From Eledone cirrhosa (lineage: Eukaryota), in contig OZ024740.1 in the NCBI GenBank assembly GCA_964016885.1, positions 5,146,001 through 5,210,000 on the forward strand: a stretch of DNA of 64,000 nt. Reading direction: 5' to 3'. A model generated the notes under the pieces. The model made no database searches. It was not told the origin of the DNA and saw only the letters and a list, made by a program, of their open reading frames with translations. Below are positions 55,265 to 64,000 of this stretch, one piece after another (positions within the stretch are counted from its first letter, which is position 1; every line of letters starts with the position of its first letter). The translations under genes and the position numbers were made by a program.

Positions 55265-55745
55265 TACGTTCTCTCGTTCTCTCTGTTTCTCTTACTTCCT
55301 TTCGTCCCCTCTGCCATGTCAGTTAACTCTTTCTCTCTACTGACCTCTTCCTCGCACTCCCACTTACTCAGTCCCTGTTTCTCCCCTTCTTTCTTCCTCC
55401 CGTTCGCTGGGAAAACGGTTTTCATTCTTTCTAACACCGGATTCACTAGCGAAAGGTCTGTTTTCTGCCTCGCTCATATATTCACACAGCTTACGCTGAA
55501 AGAATAACTATGTTGCTTGTGTTTATTTCCATCTTCGGTTAGCTTCCCCCTGTCTTGTTTACCTGTCTCACTCGCTTTACGCGCTTCTATTGTCCTAATA
55601 ACTTATTTTAGTTATTATCGCTCCAACGTGAGGTATATGATTTTTAATGCGATGAAATACCCATGATCGTTTGGTAAATCACTGATGAGGGACTCATTTT
55701 ATAACATGTTATCCATGTGCAACCAGCAGTATTCTTCTCACCCAT
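55265..55745 (+). mobile_element. PLE-like 3' UTR fragment with a residual hammerhead core
   Basis: Homologous to 51755-52140. ctgatga at 55682 has no intact downstream GAAA. Confidence 0.5.
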
Positions 55746-55767
55746 ATTTTTATATATATATATATAT

Positions 55768-55930
55768 ACTGGCCGAATTACCCGCGCCTTGCTGCATTTC
55801 ACACATTTTTTTGTAAGAAAATGATGATTGATTTTAAATCAGTGATATAATTTATGGAGAAAACTCTGCATTTCAATATTACTCAATATAAAACGTAATG
55901 CATGAAAAATTTGAAAACATTATTTTTTGT
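55768..55930 (+). mobile_element. Possible Helitron/Helentron-type end fragment
   Basis: (TA)n-tactggccgaattacccgcgccttgctgc resembles TACTAG...ACCCG.GC.TTGC termini. This is pattern recognition only. Confidence 0.35.
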
Positions 55931-55940
55931 AATATATCAG

Positions 55941-56273
55941 AGGGTGCTCTGAAAGTACAGTAGCTAGAGTCAGAACGGGATGGAAAAAGTTCAGAGTGCT
56001 TATACCACTATTGGCCGCTAAAGGGTTCTCTCTAAAAATGAAAGGCAGGCTGTATGATGCCTGCATATGAACAGCAATGTTGCATGGCAGTGAGACCTGG
56101 GCATTGTGTGCAGAGGATATACGCAGACTGGAGAGAAACGAAGCGTGCATGCTCCGTTGGATGTGTAATAGTAATATACGTGAACGGCAAAGCATAAAGG
56201 AACTAAGGGAGAAATTAGGAATAAGAGGTATCAGATGTTGTTTACTCGAGAGAAGACTGCGTTGGTATGGTCA
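55941..56273 (+). mobile_element. RTE fragment repeating 55034-55260 and extending further 3'
   Basis: gtgctctgaaagtacagtagctagagtc...atgtgtaata is duplicated and continues to RLRWYG. Confidence 0.9.
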
Positions 56274-56329
56274 AATAATTGGTATATACAAATAATTGGT
56301 ATATGCAAATAATTGTAACTGTAGATCTA

Positions 56330-56478
56330 ATAGAACCTGCCCTTTAGATAAAAAATGCTTAATCAAGGATAGCATATACTCATGCACAGTCTAGCCAACT
56401 CCACTTCACTATCTAGCTACATACACTATCTAAAAACTAAAAATAAATCCTATACACTTAAATGGGAAGTGATTATTT
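56330..56478 (+). mobile_element. Penelope-like GIY-YIG fragments with an internal deletion
   Basis: TCPLDKKCLIKDSIYSCTV is followed by LANSTSLSSYIHYLKTKNKSYTLKWEVI. Same subtype as 4830-5125. Confidence 0.65.
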
Positions 56479-56716
56479 TGCTTCTCATTTATACTATTTT
56501 TCTGCACACAAGCTTCTTTATCATATACAAAAAATACCTTACCACTACAACCTCCATAATACTCTTGATTACCCGCTTAAAGTGCTTGTATTACATGTAA
56601 CACCCTGCCGCACAATAATCATATATAAATAAGACACACGTGCATGCCCCACGTGTAACTAATGCATACAATAACTACTACAATTGACTAACAAACTATC
56701 CTCTTGCATTATCTAC

Positions 56717-56792
56717 TTACGGGGTCGATAAAATAAAGTACCAGTAATACACTGGATAATTGCTGGCCTTGTGCCAAAAAGTAGAAACAATT
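56717..56792 (+). mobile_element. SINE family 2, 3' half
   Basis: ttacggggtcgataaaataaagtaccagt...gccaaaaagtagaaacaat. Confidence 0.75.
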
Positions 56793-57284
56793 ATCTACGT
56801 TAACTGCCGATTGTATTTTAATTTTGCATTGATGTTGTATTTTAATTTTAATTGTGCTTTGATTCTGTTTTAATGTGATTTTGTTTTTGAATTTAAATTG
56901 CCATTCAGAAATAATATAATGAATGTCACCCCACTGTACATCAATATATACATATGTATCTGTATGTCTCTTGCGTTGGAAAGGAGGTGATGTATGTGTA
57001 CAAACATTGAAAAATGCTCCGAAGACTCCAAGCCTCGGTTTGGATGAAACAATTGTAAGTGAATAAATGCTTTGAACATAGCTTTGATTCCTATGAATTC
57101 TATATAACTGCTCTGTAGAACAACTGATGTTATTACATTGAGCTATTTATCTTACTGGTAATAAGGTAGTAAGAAATTACTGTCTTTCACTGTTTAGGGT
57201 TTAAAATATATATAACTATAAAAAGTTTTAGTATATACATAACCATAAATAGTATCTTTAATACTATATATATATATATATATA

Positions 57285-57583
57285 CAATGATATTAAATAA
57301 ATGGAAACTATATTTATAAAACCATATATATTTTATTATATATATTTCAAGGGTAACCAAGACAACATTGGTACGCTTTCATACCTTATCGGTTGGAAAT
57401 TCACTATCCAGTGAATTTCCAACTGATAAGGTATGATTTTCATGGGTATGTCTCTATTTATAAAACAAACTTTGTATTTTATCTGATGAAAGTGTACCAA
57501 TGTTGTCTTGGTTGCCCTTGAAATATATATAATAAAATAAATATGGTTTTATAAATATAGTTACCATTTATTTAATACCATTG
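57285..57583. repeat. ~300-bp fold-back cassette with an inner 58-bp hairpin
   Basis: Arms caatgatattaaataaatgg...ggtacgctttcat (57285-57381) and atgaaagtgtacc...ccatttatttaataccattg (57486-57583). Inner hairpin tcataccttatcggttggaaattcact-atcc-agtgaatttccaactgataaggtatga. Confidence 0.9.
57475..57539 (+). ncRNA. Type I hammerhead ribozyme motif
   Basis: Reads tattttat-CTGATGA(57483)-aagtgtaccaa(tgttgtc)ttggttgccctt-GAAA(57520)-tatata-TA-ataaaata. Stem I is 8 bp and the stem III region is palindromic. Confidence 0.7.
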
Positions 57584-57674
57584 AATATTTACTCCAGTAA
57601 CTTGTTGAGTGCTCTAAATCAGTTATAAACTTTTATGTTTGTCAGACTTCCAACAAATTAAATACAACTTCTAC

Positions 57675-58210
<536 letters not shown>

Positions 58211-58679
58211 CATGTGATGACATATGATGCATTTCTATATCAGGTTTCCCACAGAAGGCATTAGTCCAGCCAATATTGAGGTAGAAGACACTTGCCCATG
58301 TTGCCAAGCAAAATGGATGAACTTGAAACCACGAATCTAGCTTTCAATAAGTTTAGAAACTGTGCCAAAACTGGAATGTAGACATCAGGCATAATCTCTC
58401 AACCTAGCGAAGGGGGGTGGGGGTGGGGGTGTAGTATTTCTGAATATGAACTAACATGGACTGTAACAACACATCCCAACCCATTATAGCAGGAAAAGCA
58501 ATGTAAAATAACAATGATGAGGATATATCTATATCAATCAATCTTACCCCTCCCCCCCCCTCTCTCACACTCACTATATATATATATATATATAATTATC
58601 ACCATCATTTTAGGTCCACTTTTCCACACATGCATGAGTTGGACACACATATATAATTTAAACCACAATGATACATATG

Positions 58680-59488
58680 CACACACTCACACAGAAACAC
58701 ACACACACACAGAAACACACACACACAGACACACACACACAGACACACACACACAGGCACAGAAACACACACACACACGCACACACAGACACAGAAACAC
58801 ACAGACACAGAAACACACACACACAGACACAAACACACAGACACAGACAGACAGAAACACACACACACACACAGAAACACACACACACAGAAACACACAC
58901 ACAGACACATAAACACACACACACAGACACAAACACAAACACACACACACACACACAGAAACACACACAGAAACACACAGACAGAAACTCACAGACACAG
59001 ACACACACACACAGACACAGAAACACACAGACAGAAACAGACAAACACAAACACACACACACACAGACAGACACAGAAACACACACACACAGACACAGAA
59101 ACACACACACACACAGACACAGAAACACACAGACAGAAACAGACACAAACACAAACACACACACACACAGAAACACACAGACACAGAAACACACAGACAG
59201 AAACAGACACAAACACAAACACACACAGAAACACACAGACACAGAAACACACACACAGACACAGAAACACAGACAGAAACACACACACACAAACACAAAC
59301 ACACACAGAAACACACACACACAGACAGAAACACACACACACAAACACACACAGACACAGAAACACACACACAGACACAGAAACACACAGACAGAAACAC
59401 ACACACACAAACACAAACACACACAGACACACACACACACAGAAACACAGACAGAAACACACACACACAAACACACACAGACACAGCC
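58680..59488. repeat. Compound (CA)n/(CAGA)/(GAAA) low-complexity repeat
   Basis: Direct reading. Confidence 0.9.
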
Positions 59489-59794
59489 ACATTGTCACTG
59501 ATACCCAAGACACAAATGGTTCATTAATATTAAAGAAATTCAATTCCCAAGCAAAATGATTAATTCTGTTCATTAACCATTTTTATTATTTTTTATTTTA
59601 TTTTATTTTTTCTTGTTTTTCTTCTTTGATCATTGGCAGACATTTTGGCATTAAGTTATAGTCATTACTGAAAGATAAAAACTGTTTATAAAAATGAGGA
59701 ACCTAGTTGAATGGGGAAGGAACATGGCATGAGCCCTTCACTCCAGATGGCGCTTTAGGAATACCATTGTGGCAATTTAAACCTGGCTAAGACC

Positions 59795-60043
59795 CATCTC
59801 TCCCCCTCTCTCTCTCTCTCTCTCTCGCGCGCTTTCTCATTCTCTATTTCATTTTTTGGTTTCCAAAGAGAAAAATAGAGAGTGAGAAAAGGGAGAGAGA
59901 GAAAGAGTGATGAGAAAGCAAGAGAGTGAAAAAGAGCAAGTAGGAAAGGGAGAGAGAGAGTGAGAAAAGAAGAGAAAGAAAGGGAGAGTGTGAGAAAAGA
60001 GAGAGAGAGTGAGAAAAAATAGAGTGAGGGAGGAGGAGGAAGA
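59795..60043. repeat. (CT)n followed by a GA-rich low-complexity tract
   Basis: Direct reading. Confidence 0.85.
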
Positions 60044-61425
60044 ATTACTGTGAATTACTAGAGTACCCAGAATTTTCTGAAGTCCTTCCCCTTCCCTGGG
60101 TAACAGACGTGGGTATGTGCAGCAATGGAATCGTAATGGTCAAGATTAGTGAAAACAACCCCAAACAGATCATCTGAACAGTTGTGATAACAATAGAAAA
60201 TACTAACAGCCACATCTTCCAGAAACCAAACAATACCTTCAAACAGGCCACTCGGAACCCACCACATTAATCTACTTCTCAACTAGTTAGAAGGCAGCAC
60301 TTTCCTCTCTTTTTTTTCTCTTCAGGTGAAACCTGAAAAAGTTAATCAGAGTTTCACCATCCCCCTCCCACTTATTCATTTTTCAGATTCCCTCTTTCCC
60401 CACTTGTTAAATTTTGCTAATCTATCTAATATTATTGTAAGTGATTCATATTGATACAGCAGCTGGAGAATCTAATAATAATTTTATTTTACATTAAAAA
60501 AAACATTATATATGGCAAAAAAAAGAGCATTACAAGAAATGCCATATTTATAAACGTACACTATTACCGACTACCCCACCTTGTTTATACCCCCCCCCCT
60601 TATGAGAATTTAAGCAAATATCCACCCCCAACCCCTCGCTTACTCCAGCCCCCTATTATTTGTGGCCCAAGAGTACCTCTCAACAAACTGGTTGGAAGGC
60701 AGCACATCTCTCTCCAGCCTGATTTTTCATTTCAGGTAAAACCTAAAGAACTTAATCAGGGCTTTGCTGAAGAAGAAAGGGCTTGTCTTCAATCTTTTCA
60801 AAAGCATCTACCACACAACCTCTATCACCATGGCCACCAGGCTGTGCTTGCTCCTTATAGGAAGAAGGCGAGGTGATAATAAAAAATGTAACAGTAAAAT
60901 GATGTGCAATGATAATGGTGGTAATGAGTGTAGATTGGCTTCACTGGCCGAAATGGTGGAGACTTTCAAGGTGTTTAATATAAAGCTAAACTGTTTTGGC
61001 AAATGTCCACCCAACAAATAAGCAATTTTATCTGGCCATGTGATATAAATAGAAACCTATTGCTGGCGTGAGGTGAAACTACTGAACTATTGACCCCAAA
61101 ACCACAAGATCAAACCTTACACCAAAGTTAATGAGGAACATTTCTCTATTTGCCAGGTCAAACATAATTACTAATCAAATTTCAAGATGGCAAAATATTT
61201 AAAATTGAAATTATTTTGTTGCAGGTATCTGTTAAACCCATCACTTATTTGCTGTATTTATGATGGTGGAATAAACAAGGGAGTATGTGAAACTTGGTAC
61301 AGAACAAATATCACAAGTTCATTTGAAAACATCATATTTTTTTCACCAATTTGTTCACATCTTTTAGCCATATAAATATTGGTCAAAGAAAGACATTGAC
61401 CTCATTCATAGAATAATATAGTGTC

Positions 61426-64000
61426 CTCATACATTACATAATACAGTAATCTCATACATTACATAATACAGTAATCTCATACATTACATAGTACAGTAAT
61501 CTCATACATTACATAATACAGTAATCTCATACATTACATAATACAGTAATCTCATACATTACATAATACAGTAATCTCATACATTACATAATACAGTAAT
61601 CTCATACATTACATAATACAGTAATCTCATACATTACATAATACAGTAATCTCATACATTACATAATACAGTAACATCATACATTACATAGTACAGTAAC
61701 ATCATACATTACATAATACAGTAATCTCATACATTACATAATACAGTAACATCATACATTACATAATAAAGTAACATCATACATTACATAGTACAGTAAC
61801 ATCATACATTACATAGTACAGTAACATCATACACTACATAATACAGTAACATCATACATTACATAATACAGTAACATCATACATTACATAATACAGTAAT
61901 CTCATACATTACATAATACAGTAACATCATACATTACATAATACAGTAACATCATACATTACATAATACAGTAACATCATACATTACATAACACAGTAAT
62001 CTCATACATTACATAATACAGTAACATCATACATTACATAATACAGTAACATCATACATTACATAGTACAGTAACATCATACACTACATAGTACAGTAAC
62101 ATCATACATTACATAATACAGTAATCTCATACATTACATAATACAGTAATCTCATACATTACATAATACAGTAACATCATAAATTACATAATACAGTAAT
62201 CTCATACATTACATAATACAGTAACATCATACATTACATAATACATTAACATCATACATTACATAATACAGTAACATCATACATTACATAGTACAGTAAC
62301 ATCATACACTACATAGTACAGTAACATCATACATTACATAATACAGTAACATCATACATTACATAATACAGTAACATCATACATTACATAGTACAGTAAC
62401 ATCATACCCTACATAATACAGTAACATCATACATTACATAATACAGTAACATCATACATTACATAGTACAGTAACATCATACATTACATAGTACAGTAAC
62501 ATCATACATTACATAGTACAGTAACATCATACATTACATAGTACAGTAACATCATACATTACATAGTACAGTAACATCATACATTACAAAGTACAGTAAC
62601 ATCACACATTACATAATACAGTAACACCATACATTACATAATAGAGTAACATCATACATTACATAATACAGTAACATCATACATTACATAATACAGTAAG
62701 CTCATACATTACATAATACAGTAATCTCATACATTACATAATACAGTAACATCATACATTACATAGTACAGTAACATCATACATTACATAGTACAGTAAC
62801 ATCATACACTACATAATACAGTAACATCATACATTACATAATACAGTAAGCTCATACATTACATAATACAGTAATCTCATACATTACATAATACAGTAAC
62901 ATCATACATTACATAATACAGATACAGTAATCTCATACATTACATAATACAGTAACATCATACATTACATAATACAGTAACATCATACATTACATAGTAC
63001 AGTAACATCATACACTACATAGTACAGTAACATCATACATTACAGAATACAGTAAGCTCATACATTACATAATACAGTAAGCTCATACATTACATAATAC
63101 AGTAATCTCATACATTACATAATACAGTAACATCATACATTACATAATACAGTAACATCATACATTACATAGTACAGTAATATCATACATTACATAGTAC
63201 AGTAATATCATACATTACATAGTACAGTAACATCATACACTACATAATACAGTAATCTCATACATTACATAATAGAGTAACATCATACATTACATAATAC
63301 AGTAACATCATACATTACATAATAGAGTAATATCATACATTACATAATACGGTAACATCATACATTACATAATAGAGTAACATCATACATTACATAATAG
63401 AGTAATATCATACATTACATAATACGGTAACATCATACATTACAAAATACAGTAACATCATACATTACATAATAGAGTAATATCATACATTACATAATAC
63501 GGTAACATCATACATTACATAATACAGTAACATCATACATTACATAATACAGTAATCTCATACATTACATAATAGAGTAACATCATACATTACATAATAC
63601 AGTAACATCATACATTACATAATAGAGTAATATCATACATTACATAATACAGTAACATCATACATTACATAATAGAGTAACATCATACATTACATAATAC
63701 AGTAATCTCATACATTACAGAATACAGTAAGCTCATACATTACATAATACAGTAAGCTCATACATTACATAATACAGTAATCTCATACATTACATAGTAC
63801 AGTAACATCATACATTACATAATAGAGTAATATCATACATTACATAATACAGTAACATCATACATTACATAGTACAGTAATCTCATACATTACATAGTAC
63901 AGTAACATCATACATTACATAATAGAGTAATATCATACATTACATAATACAGTAACATCGTACATTACATAGTACAGTAATCTCATACATTACACAATAC
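61426..64000. repeat. 25-bp tandem satellite, >100 copies, running off the window
   Basis: Unit tcatacattacata(a/g)tacagtaa(tc/ca). Two units span 50 bp. Confidence 0.98.

Noticed and set aside
58514-59573. His/Thr- and Cys/Val-rich ORFs
   Set aside because: Translation of CA-rich low-complexity sequence.
60060-60270. Possible host exon or RTE endonuclease remnant (…GMCSNGIVMVKISENN…IFQKPNN…)
   Set aside because: The resemblance is faint, there is an in-frame stop, and no diagnostic motif is intact.
61211-61290. Candidate 58-nt exon (ttgttgcag … ga/gtatgt)
   Set aside because: Splice-like signals alone are common, and the peptide is not recognisable.

Overview
Repeat-saturated, AT-rich animal genomic DNA with no intact host gene that I can support. 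The RTE/CR1 LINEs, tRNA-derived SINEs and (TA)n/(CA)n density look like a cephalopod or other mollusc genome; this is an inference. About 31 kb is five tandem arrays: 35-bp (12.7-28.8 kb), 60-bp (29.05-31.2 kb), 32/33-bp (32.1-38.0 kb), CA-rich ~38-bp (38.8-42.7 kb) and 25-bp (61.4 kb to the window end). The rest is decayed retroelements: one CR1-like LINE, several RTE LINEs with (GAT)n tails, their partner SINEs and Penelope-like GIY-YIG fragments, plus DNA-transposon MITEs. The main unexplained signal is a set of about ten type-I hammerhead-ribozyme motifs (CUGANGA...GAAA...NUH) from several sequence families. They sit beside (TA)n tracts, often in fold-back (inverted-duplicate) cassettes, and one lies downstream of a Penelope endonuclease remnant. 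A second highlight is that the 60-bp satellite lies entirely inside a TTAA-flanked piggyBac-type MITE. All long ORFs over the arrays are translation artefacts.
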